Part shown: positions 1 to 13,406 of the stretch, piece after piece
Position numbering within the stretch: position 1 is the stretch's first letter
Layout of the letters: every line of letters begins with the position of its first letter
From: Psammoneis japonica
Taxonomy: Eukaryota
Reading direction: 5' to 3'
DNA length: 64,000 nt
Assembly: GCA_008632985.1 (NCBI GenBank)
Contig: QPGO01000035.1
Location: 421,899 to 485,898 of the forward strand
The notes under the pieces: generated by a model
The model's database searches: none
What the model saw: the letters and a program-made list of their open reading frames with translations, nothing else
What the model was told of the DNA's origin: nothing
Program-made: the position numbers and the translations under genes

Positions 1-867
1 AACCTGGATTGCCACTTTGAGAAAGAAATGTGCATCGGCCGCCCTGGCCGCTGTCCCTGCAAAAACCTGCGACGTAACGACGAAATCTTTTGTTTTGTTC
101 TCCATCGTGTCTGGATTTGACGAAAACTTGATTCGTCGCATCGCTCTCCCAGATATTTGGACCACCACTTCTCCAAAATCGTAGATGTATAACGAACTTC
201 CCACAAAGGCAAAGAAGCCGCCCTTGGCAATTGTGGATTGCGAAAACGACAGTAGATCATCCATAAGGTTCGTGTATTCGGCGGAATTGAGTTGCCGGAC
301 CTTCGAGAGCTCATCGATGCACACGACAAACCCAGTTGTTTCGCCTTCCTTCGAGAACATTTCAACTAGATCGTCCCAGGTCTGTAACACAGACGCAGCG
401 GCATCAAAACGTCGGAAGTCGACTCTGCCTTCATAAGACCGTACCAGCCTTTCAATCGTAGAGACCACAATTGGTCCTTCGCCAGTCGTGTAGGGCGACT
501 GTTGATTGAATGACGCAAAGAGGACAAGGAGACGGTCAAGGTTCGGAACATTGTCTGGTGAAGCAGCATTGATTCGTCGAAGAAGCTCTTTCGCCGTGTT
601 ACCTGCATCAGGACTGAAAGTACAGCAGTTGTTAAAAATCCAACGAAGAAACTCGGTTTTGCCGGACTCGCTCGGCGCCGCGATCCCCAACACAGGCACT
701 TTCTTCTTGTCCAGGGCTGAATTCCCTCTCGATGTTGCCAAGTATTCGAGACCTTTATAGAGATCTTCCTTCGCAGATTCTCGGTCATGAAGTCCCCCAA
801 ATTTTTGCGCTCCTTCCCCCACTGGAAGAATTGCTTTTTGGTCGGTTGGAGACCAAACGACGTCAGC
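1..867 (-). CDS. Partial P-loop NTPase (Crinkler/CR-NTPase- or AAA-like), runs off the window edge
   Basis: My own translation of a minus frame absent from the ORF track, which is open to base 1. It gives VPVLGIAAPSESGKTEFL (Walker A-like) and FVVCIDELSK (Walker B). There is a candidate acceptor ttcttag near 867 and no in-frame ATG nearby, so this is likely an internal exon. Confidence 0.65.
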
Positions 868-1013
868 TAAGAACCGTGTGATAATCGATAAGTAACGATG
901 ACATCATCCTTACCTCACCATACGTGTACATTTTCATCGGTGCATATATTATTATGAATGTTCCCAACTTACTCACAGCAAACTGCAGCGCTGCAGCGCA
1001 CAATGACACCGGT

Positions 1014-1583
1014 CGACGGTGTCCCACTTTACGGCGAGATATCTCAACGATACTTACACCGATTTCCCTGTTTCTTTTTTCAGTATTGGGATACATTGTA
1101 CAATGCATCCTACTAGGTTGGTACCATTGCGCATTATTGAGAATTATGGATTTCTGTTTTGTTTGAAACCTCGCAGCAATTTCAAATTCGGAAAAGCGCG
1201 CACGACGGTGTCCCACTTTACGGCGTGATATCTCAACGATACTTACACCGATTTCCCCGTTTCTTTTTTCAGTATTGGGATACATTGTACAATTCATCCT
1301 ACTAGGTTGGTCCCATTGTGAATTATTGAGAATTATGGATTTCTGTTTTGTTTGAAACCTCGCAGCAATTTCAAATTTGGAAAAGCGCGCACGACGGTGT
1401 TCCACTTTACGGCGTGATATCTCAACGATACTTACACCGATTTCCCCGTTTCTTTTTTCAGTATTGGGATTCATTGTACAATTCATCCTACTAGGTTGGT
1501 CCCATTGTGAATTATTGAGAATTATGGATTTCTGTTTTGTGTGCAACCTCGCAGCAATTTCAAATTTGGAAAAGCGCGCACGA
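1014..1583. repeat. Tandem repeat, 3 x 189 bp, near-identical units
   Basis: Units beginning cgacggtgt(c/t)ccactttacggcg start at 1014, 1203 and 1392 and end aaaagcgcgca. Confidence 0.97.
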
Positions 1584-1675
1584 AGGATGCAGGTAAGTAC
1601 CATTCGATTCTCCGTGGTGCTACACCAATATTCTTACTTCTTTGCACCATTTTAACAAGAAGTTGACAACGTCCC

Positions 1676-4600
1676 TTAATGATTAATGCTGTCATGACTT
1701 ATGATGAGACGTGTCCACACCTTTCCAGTGTTGGAGCTGGCATATTTAGATATCCAGTTTCTCACCGACACGCTTTTTGCGATTCGACGCTCGAATTGAA
1801 TGTTGCCAATTGCAAGCGGTACCCCGGCACCTCCATAGCAAGATACTTCCACACCAATGTTGTCTTCATTTCCCATTGTTGTAGCCAATGGTCGTATGTT
1901 GTACAAGGCATGAAAAACCACCCACTTTGTACCCAACGGTAGTGTCTCCAACACTGGCTTTTCGGTGGAGACGAGCGTTGCCAATTTCACCTGGTCTGTA
2001 ATAGCTCTTGAAAAATGCATTGAATTTGTTAATGAACTTGTTGATATCTTGTTGCCTAACCCTGTGTCCAATCTTTCTTAATTCCCTGCAGGTGACAATC
2101 GTTCGGCAATTCTTGTCTCCACAAAAGCTGCAGGTAGATTTGGACTTTTCGTTTTTCGTTGCAGCTACGGTGCCACCATTTCGAGCCATCACTTGTGAAG
2201 CGATTCTCTTCTTGCGAGGTGCCCCAGCTCTGTTGGCCTCTGGACCACGTTTTGTTGGGGGGTTGCTCAAAGATGAAGCTGGTCTTTTCCTGGCAGCTTG
2301 CGCAACAACACCAACAACATCAGCGGCGTCATCTGGGCTACCCCCCTTTTTGGCAATGTCCAGCAGCTCGAGTATGGAGCCGTACAATGCCCCTCCCAGT
2401 GCTGTGCTAGAACTCACTGCATATTCTGTCAGCTTTGTGCAAGCCTTTAGCATCTGGTTTCTATTACTTTTTTTGGCTTTCGGGAGTTTGTTTCTTTTGA
2501 TGCCGTTTCTGACAGCGCCGACACCGTCGACACTGTTTCATTCGGCGCGGCTTCGGCAGACTCAAATTCCATTGATGCCATTTCCGATTCTAATGCTTCG
2601 GTTGCTGTTGATTCGGTTTGTGGAGCGAGTTGAGACAATGCAACATCGTCGTCGCTGGAATCACTGGCTCGGCCGTCTCCATCGTCACGGCAACTGTCAT
2701 CCACGTCAGCTATCGGTTCCATCTTGTGAGGCTGATACAACCGTTCTGGGAACAATGCCTTGTCAAACACACGGCCGTTTCTGCAGCACTCATGGGGACA
2801 CATGCTGAGCGCCTCCAATCGGCGAGTACAGTCACATCTCCCATGCTTGGGGACGAGTCTTACGCTGTCGACGCTTGTGCCTTCTCTATGCACACGGTCA
2901 AAGTTGTCGCCTTTATCTTCTAACAACTTATAGTTGAAACTTTCATTGTACACTTCTGTCCAGTAAGTCTCGTGTGCCCACTTGGACAGAGTTCGCAACG
3001 CCTCCGCCTCTGACGCATTTTCTGATTGTACTTCTTCGGCTTTCCTTGCAGATATAAGCCGGTACTTTGCATCCTCTGTTTTGTTTTGTTGGTCACGGGT
3101 AGTCTGCCGTTCGAGTAGCCCACTGATTTGCTCCACCATGTCTTCAGTAGACCCACTCCCGAGATGAGCCTGCACACTGGAATGGTTTGACTCGGCCGGT
3201 TGGCTGCTACTCTTGCCAAGGTTGCCGGGGATTCTCTTGATGTAACATCCGGCAAATCTCTCGGGATGATCATAGTATCCTTTGATGTACTGGAGTTTGA
3301 CAGGATCAGAACCCAGCTTTGCTTCAATTCGCTCATACGCCTTGTCATATTGTTCCCTGGTGTCGCTGTGCAGCATCGCACACATGTTCTCGGATGTTGC
3401 GTCATAGGTTTGTTGGCCCATCTCCAACGGCCAAACGTTGGTTCTCAAGTGGAAGGAGTCCCATAACAGGTCTGTTCCCTCCAATGCACCAATTTGGACA
3501 GGTCGATCCAGGTCCAACATGCCCAGCATTGAATCGTTTAGAAAGCCATCGGCAAACATCAAACGAATGCTACTGATCTTCCTTCTCGGCTCCATATCTT
3601 CCAACGACTTTACTGCAAACTCGTAGCACTCAAGCTCTTCTTCAAAGCAAATTGTTTCATTGAGCTGCACAATCCGTTTCTCATGATCAAGAGCCACAGG
3701 ACCAATGTAAGGCCAGTGGTCGCTGTTCATCTTCGTCTTCATGAAATCCAAAAATATCATGTCCCCGCACCGAATCCACACCTTGCGCATAGTTTGAGTC
3801 ATCCACACAATGGCGCAGGGTTCTCCGTTTGCGTCTTTCTTGACACGATAGTCTAAGCCTCGACTGCTCTGCTTTATTTTCATAAGATACAACTCAGCCT
3901 TCCATGCCTCACCACGATCTTGCATCACTTGCCGCAACAACTCCCTCACCTTGGTGCGACATAAATCAGTGTCGGGTAATTGGATAGCCTCATTTTCTGC
4001 AAGAGGCTTGAACCTCATGAGGTTCTCAGCAGCTTTAGCATCCATGGGCTTGTCTTCTAGACAGTGTTTCTTTGCCTGCATCCTCACGTTTCGAACGTCA
4101 TCAGCTGCAATTGCCTGCCCATCTGGAACGTATTTTCGAAGGAGCCCACGAATGCCACGGGGGTTTGTGATGACTCCAGTCGCGACAGTTTCTGCAATGC
4201 GATCCATGTCTGCGAGATTGATGTTTCCCAACACAGCGCCAGCCGCTTTCTTTGCCAGGCGGGACGCCTCCACACCCGGGTTACAATTGTGCTCAAAGCA
4301 GTGGCCAGTGATGCGCACCATTCTTCGGTGCCTTTCATCTTTGGGATTTCGTTGGTCTACAGTGGCCTTTGTGACAAACGGGCAGTTTCCCTTGATGCTC
4401 TGCCGGTTTCTCTGCCTTGAAGGCGACACCACCGACTCTTGTGCTTTCTTGTTTGCTTTCTTAAAAAGGCACTTCAAATGACAGTTGTTCACTGTCGTAA
4501 GGTGAAATCCCCAAGCATCACCAAATCGAATCGCCGCTTGTTTGAGCTGACAGAAATTCACGAAAGATCTCTTCTTCAGGATGCTTCCAAACAGCTCTTG

Positions 4601-4882
4601 AGCTGCCGACTCCAACTTCTCCAGTTTTACCATGCCCTCCTTGTCAACACCCGTGTCCAGATTTGGTCCATGTTGGTCCACCACGTCTTTCAGGGACTTG
4701 GGCAACCAATCAATGCTGTCGGCCACTTTGCTTTTTGCGTTGCTCAGAGCTCTCTTAGTCGGCTTGTCATCTGGCCCAGTGTCAGTCACCGCGACGTTGT
4801 CGACTCGCTCGAATGGATCTCCGTCCCCTTCATTCCATTCAGGCTGTTCCGGTGGGCGGTTTTCAAAGAACTTGTAAGACAT
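1676..4882 (-). mobile_element. Mutator-like (MULE) transposase with SWIM finger; C-terminus continues across two frameshifts
   Basis: ORF 2447..5074 (ATG at 4882) has a MULE DDE-type core (IFLDFMKTKMN...MFADGF...LWDSFHL...ESNHSS) and SWIM CDCTRRLEALSMCPH. It continues in 1866..2453 (CSFCGDKNC knuckle) and 1676..2071. No TIRs were found. Confidence 0.85.
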
Positions 4883-5572
4883 GGTTTGCACACTGCGGTT
4901 GTCAATGTTGGCGCCAAGGGCCGATGGTGTTGGTGGTTTTTCAGGCGGTGTTGATTTAGAGGCGGTGTGGATGGAGCCAGAGTTGACAACGGTGTGGTTG
5001 TCGCGACGATGCTGGTGGTTGGTGCGGCACACCAAATTCGAAGTATTTGATCGAGTGCTGCCGAGTAAGTGCAACTACCTACGTGGAGAAGTGTGTTTGT
5101 TGTCGGTGTGTTGCGGCACCGGTAGCACATCTGATTGCTGGTAGACACCGGCAATAAAGTGCGCGCGATGTTGCGTTTTTGGCAGGTGCTGGGGGGCAAT
5201 GATGATGTCAACATCACTTATTGTGAACAAATAAGTTCTTAGTTGACGTCGTTTGTCCAATCAGATTTCCATACCGCCGTTATGACCGCACTTACCATAC
5301 CGCGGATACGTTTTCTGGCCAAGGGCTCGCTTCCGGTGGCGTTTCGGACGACAGATAGACGGCGATGATTTCCTGTAAAAGGAACGTAGCACAAACAGGT
5401 CATGCGCACCCATCGGCGGATCTTTTCTGGATCGCTCATAATTTTTAATTTTCTATTCACCTTCCACCTTCTTTTTGTTGTTGCTATCGTCAGCAAAAAC
5501 AGTGAGGGAAACTGAGTTCAACCGCAACCTCATACGAAAACTGCAAAAGAAAGTATAGGATTGACAGAGAAA

Positions 5573-6670
5573 ATGCTTTCATCAATAAGCATGAGAGCGT
5601 TAGTGGCATCGTCTGCTTGTCGGTGTCGTATTGGTCCCCCGAATTTTGCATCGTCACGTCAATTTTCGTCCACAATGGACCTTATCAAACAACTCCGTTC
5701 CCAGTCGGGTGCACCCATGATGGAATGCAAAAAGGCTCTACAGGAATCAAGTAACGATTTGAACAAGGCCATCGATTGGTTAAGACAACACGGTGTTGCC
5801 AAGGCGTCGTCCAAAACCAGTGGTCGTTCTGCGACCGAGGGCTTGATTGGTTTGGGTGTTTCGAGCGATGCCAAATCCGCGTCGCTCGTCAAGATTTCGT
5901 CCGAGACAGACTTTGCCAGTCGCAGTCCGCCCTTTGTGGAATTAGTAACGCACGTGACACAAGCGACACTGGAAATGGAGGACTGTCCATCATCATCTTC
6001 CAATAATCAAGTAGTCGTCGATGAAGCAACCTTGTTGCAAACACAACACGACAACAAGACGGTTCAACAAGTGTTGGACGATGCCATTCTGGCGATTCGT
6101 GAAAACATTAGTCTTACGAGTGTTCAGCGTTATACTTGTCAAGAGGGACAATACGTGGGGTATGTGCACGGACGAATGGAGGGATCACAAAACGTGGGAA
6201 CGTCGGCGGCTCTTGTTCACTTGCAACCAACTACTGACAACGACAGCAACAACGACTCGGAGGAGGCGATTCAAGAGATTGGAAAGAAGCTAGCCATGCA
6301 CGTGGTTGCGGCAAAGCCACTGTACAAAACACCCGATAGTGTGCCACCAGAAATTGTAGAAAAGGAAGAGAGCATCCTCGAGCAACAGGTAAGTCAGAAA
6401 CGGTTTTGCACAACATAGTAGGTATCTACCGTACCGGTATGATTTTGGTAGATCCTAATCCTTGTTTTCTTTTCTCCCTAGTTGGCCGATACGAACAAAC
6501 CACCCGAAATCATTGAAAAGATTGTCAATGGACGAATGCAAAAGTACTATCAAACGGTTTGTTTGACGGAACAACCACACATGGTGGAGGAGGGCAACCC
6601 AAAGGTAGCCAAGGTGCTCAAGGAAGCAAACTTGCAAGTGACGGATTTTCACATCCAGTCTGTGCCGTAA
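5573..6670 (+). CDS. tsf: Mitochondrial translation elongation factor Ts, 2 exons (5573-6388, 6482-6670)
   Basis: LIKQLRSQSGAPMMECKKAL, SETDFASR, LAMHVVAAKP and KIVNGRMQKYY motifs. GT-AG intron 6389-6481. Arg/Ser-rich N-terminal presequence. Confidence 0.95.
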
Positions 6671-6846
6671 AATAATAGTAGAGAACGAATCAAGAGATGT
6701 GTATGCAATTCAAACTGTATATATTTTTATGCTAATTGCCTCTTGGAGTACAACATGGTCATTTCACATATCCATGCCACAAAGGCTTGCCTTTCCCAAT
6801 CAATACAGCTACCTGTCATTGGTAACGTACGCGTGCGCAACTTTCA

Positions 6847-8280
6847 TTATAGACTGTAAATCTTGTCGTCACAGCACATGATTTTGTCACAGTCACTGAG
6901 ATACTTGAGGCCAATGTCCACCTCGTTTGGTGTAAAGGCATCTTCTCCTCCCATGATTTCATTGACTTGATCCAATACAACGGCAGCATCCACCTCGCCA
7001 TCCTTGCGGCGTAGAAATTCCGAAAAGACACCTACAAAGCGTTCTCGGCGACTAGACAGAATATTGCATGAAAGAATATAAAGTTTAGTTGTCACACGAC
7101 CATCCATACACAATCTTTAACAAATCAGTAGTACAAACTCACCGTTCGTCCATCATTGTCGCATCTCGCGCTGACGGCTTGACGACGACTAGTTTTTTCG
7201 TTTGCTTGTCCGCCATGAGTGTCGTGACGAATTGTTCGGCACTCTTGCGCTCGTTATCATAAACCTCTTGAAACGGTACACGTTCCGTCGGCGTCACCTT
7301 GGAGGCAGGCTTGGATGATCGCGGCGCAAGAATGGTGGTTCTGGGTGCAAGAGATACAAAGGGCTGTGGAGCGAGCGTCATGGACGGAGGTTGATCTAAC
7401 CCACGAGCAAGAGTCGTGGCAGAAGGTCCTGGGGCTTCCGTTTTCATGCTGGCTTGGGCTTGGAAGCAGCTCTCTTTGCAGGAGCAGCCTTTGGCTTTGA
7501 ATCACGGGACATGGAAGCAGCAGATGTCTTTGCTGGAGCGGCCTTTGGCTTGGAAGAATCACTGGGCCTCGATGCAGCAGCTGTAGCTGTCGGTGCAGCA
7601 TTTGGCTTGGAAGCGGCGGGCTTGAGAGTTTTGGGCGCCTTTTTCTTTTTCTTGGTAGTACGGCTCCTGGTTTTGTCCTCCTCCTTGCTCTTGCCCTTGG
7701 TGATAGTCTTTTGCTTCTTCTTGTTGCTGCTGCTTGTAGTATTTTCGTTCGATTTGCGTTTGGGGGGCTGCGGTACCACCAATATCGTGGTCACGTCTGG
7801 TACGGGTAAGGGCGAAATACAGTCGGCGTGATTCATCTGGACAGCAATTGCTTCACAAGGCGGCGGTGGGTCCTTTTCTTCTTTTTCTTGGTTGCTGCTT
7901 ACGACCGTCGCGTCGGAAAGCGGCTCCTCGGGGAGTAAATGTGGTTCTTGTGGTTGTTCTTCTGCAGTCTTGTTGACCATCATAGGCTGTTTCTTGCGTT
8001 GCTGTTTCGTTATTTTTTCTTGCTTTATATTCATGACTTGATTGCGTCTTCGTGATCGTCCTTGTCGTTCCAAGGGTTGATAGGGCGACAAAAAGTCCGT
8101 ATCAATGCGAGCCTCGGTGCTATTGTCGAGTACGTACTTGACATCGAGACAATCGATATAGCCATTGGTAAAGTGCACCTTTTCGACAATACAAACACCA
8201 CCCGGTTTGTTGATTCCGGCCCATGTTCGTGGTGCTACCTCGACCTGTTGGCCGACATGAAAGCGTGTATCCGATGACAT
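6847..8280 (-). CDS. Uncharacterised nuclear-type protein: N-terminal Tudor-like domain, Lys/Ala/Pro-rich linker, C-terminal MCM3-like winged helix
   Basis: FHVGQQVEVAPRTWAGINKPGG...DVKYVLD at the N-terminus and FTPNEVDIGLKYLSDCDKIM at the C-terminus. Frameshift near 7444 and an intron at ~7032-7142. Confidence 0.6.
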
Positions 8281-9301
8281 GATGTGAATGTATGTAAGGG
8301 CTTTTCTCTGTCGACAGCGTTTCTTATACAATCCACAACCACTCGCTCACAGACCGTCAATGATGTTTCAGTCGTGCCGTCAAACGTAACAAGGACGTCC
8401 CGGCGTTGTTCAGTAACAATAGGTTACGTTATGTCCTTGATTAGAGAGGGGTGCGTGTCTTGAGAATGCCTTCAGCAACAGCAACCACAGCGCGAGCAAC
8501 AGCAACAACAAACAACAGCGCGCTGTGTTTTGGGCCAGCGCGTGTCCGTGCTTTGGCGGCGGTGTTTGGAGTTTGGATCGAGGTAGAATTTCCGTATTTC
8601 AATGTAAAAAATCTTTTCAATGAAACGTTTTTGATTTATTTACAGTTTTCGTATTCAAACGCCGACACGCGGCGTGTCTGATCAATCTGTTCAGTCTAAC
8701 CAGTCAAACTCGACCGTTGGGCGGAAGGACGAGAGCTCGAATTTGAATTCTGGACGGCAAAAAGTTTCTCCAAAAATGAAGGTGAGTATGTTCTTTTTTA
8801 CAAGCTCTCACAATGAATATATTTAATTAAGAGGCTTGCCAAGATTGGATTTTAGGCGATTATTTAGAATCGGTATATTTACCTAAAACAATTAATATCT
8901 CTTTATTTTAAGTAATCCAATATACCCTCTAGCTTTGAATAAACACTATTCTATGAAAAGTGTCACAACGGTCACTTTTTATCCAAATCGTGATGTCCGG
9001 GCCGAAAAATTTGAATTCGGATGGAACGTCGTCGGAGCTCTCTTTGATGTTGACTGTTGAAAACATCACAACAGCCGCAACCAAGAGCAACAGCATCACT
9101 CTCTCTTTTGCTGTCAGATTGTTGCATCCACACAAATAGAATCAACGCATTGGATCCGTTGCCACGATACATCTAAACAGTGAATCAACCGCAGTCGAGA
9201 CAGATACTCGATACGCCGTTTTCAAAACGCACGTTTAACCATTCAAAAACCATACGTTCGCTTGGGAGTGCTTGCCGTGATTGATTTCGACAGAAGAGAA
9301 C

Positions 9302-10943
9302 ATGAATAGACACTGCTTTCCCACAATATGTTCCATCGACCACAACATGTCAGAAGTTGTAGCACCCGACGACGAAATGCTTGAATCATCATCACCAGCC
9401 GTGACACTACGCCGTCAGCAGCACTCGACTCCAGAACGGCGGAATAAACGAGGGTCGCCTGTTTCTGTATTGAATCTAAAAGAATCGCCACCCGAGTCCA
9501 AGAATTTGAATCCCGTTGTGATTGTAGGCGAAGACGGCGGTACCGAAGTTACGTTACAACAACAACCGAGCTATACACGAGATGTGGCAGCCTTGCTGGA
9601 TTCAGATATATCACCCACGAGCGAAGCAACGACGCGTTGTAGTATGGATTTTGAAGAAGCATCTCCACAAACAGTAGAAGGACGATTATCACACGAAGAC
9701 TATCTACCAACCTTTTCACCACAAGCTCCCGAAACACCAAAGTCACCGGTGGGTTCTCGTATGTGTTGTGGTGTTGGTTCTTGGTCAACCGACGAAGTAG
9801 AACGGCAGCTGGCGATTCCTACTACTCAAGCTTCGATTGAAGAACTGATTTGTGGCTTGCTGGGCAATGCTGATCTTTGCGGCACTGACGGTTGGCAACT
9901 CTTTGTCTTGCCGCAGCCGGGGGACACGCCCCACAAGCAGCAAGAGGTTCGTCAGGTACTCAAGAATCGTGCCTGGGATATGAGTTCCAAGAGTAAGCGT
10001 ATAAAGGCACTGCAAGACAATTTGGATCCCTTTGGAAACGAGCGTGTGGAAATTGTCAAGAAGAGTTCCTTTTGTAATGCGCATCATGCGGCCACCAAGC
10101 AAAGACGAGTCAAGGAAGAAGAAGAGGCTCTTTACAATACGACCTTCCACCGACCATGAGTTCCATGTGGGCCTTTTGTAGCTCGGAACCAAAGGAGAAT
10201 CACCGGCTGTGGTTCGAATGAGACACCATGATGACGACTTGTGCTATGACTCGGATCCCGAAGACATTACGCGACGACACACCTCGAGACGACGAGAACC
10301 GCCTCGTAAGACCTTTTTGCAACCCAAGCGGTTGAATTTCGATTTTCATGACAATGTCAAGGAACAAGTCAAGGTAAGACTGTGTGCATTTTGCCTATTA
10401 TGGACCGTTTTTTTTTATGTTTTACAATCATGTGTGCTGACACAACTACGACTGTGTATGGATATATGTTTTTAGGCCATGATGAACCAGAGAATGACTC
10501 TTATTTGGCATCGCGCTGGTGCCGGACGAAAAGATACTTCCCCGTTGGCTGTCAAGGCTTGGATTGAACACGGACACCGTCTACGCTCCACACTGATTCA
10601 ACCCAAGCTCATGTGGAAACCCGTCAATGAGGCGGTGGAACGGTCCAGTCTTGGCATTTCTAGCGAGGGACTCGCCAGTCTCGACTTGCTCGATTTTTTG
10701 CGCATTTTGGAAGCGGACCGAACCGACACGCGTAGGTTTGCCCTGGCCAAGCGAAGTCATAGTTTTGTGATTGAAAGCCACGATGGCTTTTTGCTGTTTG
10801 AAACTTGTTCCAAGGCGGAACGGGACCGAATTGTTCACGGCCTCAAGTTGGTGGTGGCACGGCTTGGATCCAAGGTTGTGGCAGGAGAGCACGATGTCTT
10901 TGACGAGTTTTTTGGATTTGTTCCTGTAGGTGGATTGGAATGA
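9302..10943 (+). CDS. Protein with C-terminal PH-like domain
   Basis: ORFs 9281..10159, 10209.. and 10479..10943 are joined by a frameshift at ~10150 and a GT-AG intron 10374-10475. The C-terminus LDLLDFLRI...SFVIESHDGFLLFETCSKAERDRIVHGLKLVV is PH-like. Confidence 0.7.
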
Positions 10944-11008
10944 ACTCCGAAAAATGTACAACTCGCTCATAACGATATATAAACACAAATGCAATACTAC
11001 TATGCAAT

Positions 11009-11827
11009 TCAATCTTTTGGTAATACCTCTAGCGTCTTGGTCCAGATCAATTGTCGCTCCTCAGGCGTATGTTTGACTCCGTCCTGAATGAGTTTTCCGT
11101 CTTGATCAATGAGAAAGAAATTCTTGTCCCCGTCCTCTGGAAGAGACAAGAAACCCTCGGTAAGCAAATCACCACACTTTTCAATACTCCGCCCAAGTGG
11201 TTGAAGACATCGAACAATACCTCGCAAATACCAAGGAAACTCCGTTCCCCAATTGGTATTGACAAATCCGGGACACGCATGACAAACTTGCGATGATGGA
11301 AATTCCAGAGCCAACGTCTCGAGTCCGGCATCGTTGTAAAAGCCCGCCGCGTCGGCGGCATTCTTGATGGAATAATGTTGCTTCAATTCAAAATCATGTT
11401 CGAATTGTTCATAACGATTATGCACACCGGCCGATAAGACGGACAAGACCTTGAGTGGTTGTTTTTGTTTTTGTGCCAACAAGCGTGCCAAGTAGACGCG
11501 AGAAAAGTAGTGAAGTTGTAGCTTTTGATCAAGACCGTTTACTGTGGGTGTGTATCCCTGCGTGGTCGCCATGCCTTGCGTCAACACCAACAAATCCACA
11601 TTGTCATTTTCACTCAATTTCTTGACCGATGCCAAATCAAACGCATCCACTTGTTGAAAAGAATGATGCTTGCCGGATGAAACTTGTTCTAGTTGCTTGA
11701 CAATTTCCATACCACGTTCTTGGGAACGACCGGCAATTGTAACGGCAATGTTACCCCTCTTGGCAAGTGCCAGAGCAATACCGTGACCAATTCCACTCGT
11801 TCCACCCACGACAAGAGCGTGTTGCAT
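11009..11827 (-). CDS. Short-chain dehydrogenase/reductase
   Basis: ALVVGGTSGIGHGIA Rossmann motif, AGRS, and CPGFVNT. Confidence 0.9.
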   Translation of the reverse strand: MQHALVVGGTSGIGHGIALALAKRGNIAVTIAGRSQERGMEIVKQLEQVSSGKHHSFQQVDAFDLASVKKLSENDNVDLLVLTQGMATTQGYTPTVNGLDQKLQLHYFSRVYLARLLAQKQKQPLKVLSVLSAGVHNRYEQFEHDFELKQHYSIKNAADAAGFYNDAGLETLALEFPSSQVCHACPGFVNTNWGTEFPWYLRGIVRCLQPLGRSIEKCGDLLTEGFLSLPEDGDKNFFLIDQDGKLIQDGVKHTPEERQLIWTKTLEVLPKD

Positions 11828-12587
11828 AGTACTAGTGTCGTTGTTGTTGCTGGATTGTGCTGCTGCTAGATACGTTGTTGTTGTTGCAGGGTTGTTGGCT
11901 ACAATGTAGGAAACTGGCACGACGATTGCCACACTAGCGACAACAAGAAGGGTTTTTGCGTTGCCAGAGTTGAGAGCTTGTCGATAACAACAGTCTCATT
12001 TGCCTGGGCAGCTAGAGAATACTGCGGCCGATTGATTCACAAAGACTTTTTGCTACAACGGCATCAGCTCTCGCCATGTTCTGCGTCGCGCCTTTTCACT
12101 TTTCCCGCACTTTTTGCCTACGGCGATTTCACGTAGAAACAATACTGGATCATATCTTTGTCGTCTGGCTGTCAGTCCGCCGCCGACGGTGTATGTAGCT
12201 TGCGAAACACAATATATTCAATAATGAATACGTACAATTTATTGTTAATTCAACTTCAATTCAATATATAAAAGATATTTGAGATTTGTCGCCAAAGAAA
12301 TTTCCGTATTATTCAGTCACGAAGAATAATTCAGATTGATACACGGGAACTCGAAGTTGGCGAACCGACGCCTCACTTTTTTGGGCGACGAGGACCTGCT
12401 AAAGTACGGAGTACCGTGATTGAATAGGAGCCCTAGTTGTTTTCTGTCCCAGCTTTGCTTTCATCACTCTCGATCGACTGTTGTGGTTGCACTTTGATGC
12501 CCCACCATTGATTCATTCATTCAGTCAGTCAGTCGCCTCAGGAGTCAAACAATCACTACTTTTTCGTTGTGGCTTTTCTAAAACACA

Positions 12588-13016
12588 ATGGGCAACCACG
12601 AAAGCTATTGCGCTTGCTGGTCCGATCAGGATTGTGATCCAGAACTGATTCGAACATCGGAAAATTATCCAAAAATGTACCCACCGGATATATTTGATGA
12701 TGAGATACCGTATCCCGTCTACGGTCTGGAGCCAGAAGACTCCATGCGCACGAGAAGTTGGCTCAAAGCAAGACGTGCCGCCAAACGGAAGGATGCCGCT
12801 CTTGCGCGAGACTCGAAACGAATACTTCATTTAAAGTCTTCCAACACGGCTACCTCTTCCTCTACTACAGCAATGAGGTCAGCCGATCTGTTTCGATCCT
12901 TTTCTTCCATGTCGTCCTTTTCGGGTGATTTGCGAGAGTCTCGTTTCGAACGAGGGACGCGACGAAGCGATTTTCAACGCCGTGATGGCGTTGAAGAACG
13001 AAACGAGCGATTTTGA
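12588..13016 (+). CDS. Hypothetical 142-aa protein
   Basis: ATG-initiated ORF in otherwise intergenic space; no recognised motif. Confidence 0.45.
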   Translation: MGNHESYCACWSDQDCDPELIRTSENYPKMYPPDIFDDEIPYPVYGLEPEDSMRTRSWLKARRAAKRKDAALARDSKRILHLKSSNTATSSSTTAMRSADLFRSFSSMSSFSGDLRESRFERGTRRSDFQRRDGVEERNERF

Positions 13017-13406
13017 AGAGAAAGTGGAATGCTTTATTTATTTGCACATTATGAAGCGGCAAGCACTTTAAACTTGCTTTCTGAACTCAATAAAGCTACG
13101 AGGTGTTGTGCAATCTTAGATTACAGCAAACTGACCTTCAGATCATACATGAAAAGAACACGTCCCAGTCAGGTATACGAGAGTCACCGACAAAACCACT
13201 CCCTTTGTGAGGTTTAGAATCCTCTCTTGGTAGATGGGAGTACATATTATATAACAATAGAATCATTTTGTACAGTAGACCCTCTCTTCGCAACCTAACA
13301 TTTTGGTGTGGCTGCTCAAATCCTTCTGAACCCGCCATGTACACAAAATTGCGGGTAACTCCGCAGCAGCTGAAGGCGTACGCCAAAACGTGAACTTGCA
13401 TGTTGA

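Noticed and set aside
366..800. 144-aa ORF from the track
   Set aside because: Wrong frame; the overlapping frame with Walker A/B motifs is the likely coding one.
863..1603. 246-aa ORF made of 63-aa repeats, and a possible CRISPR-like array
   Set aside because: 189 is divisible by 3, so an open frame is expected. Units are contiguous with no unique spacers and no cas genes.
8731..9042. Possible degenerate MITE (gagagctc...gagctctc around an AT-rich core)
   Set aside because: Only ~8 bp of clean inverted match and no TSD.
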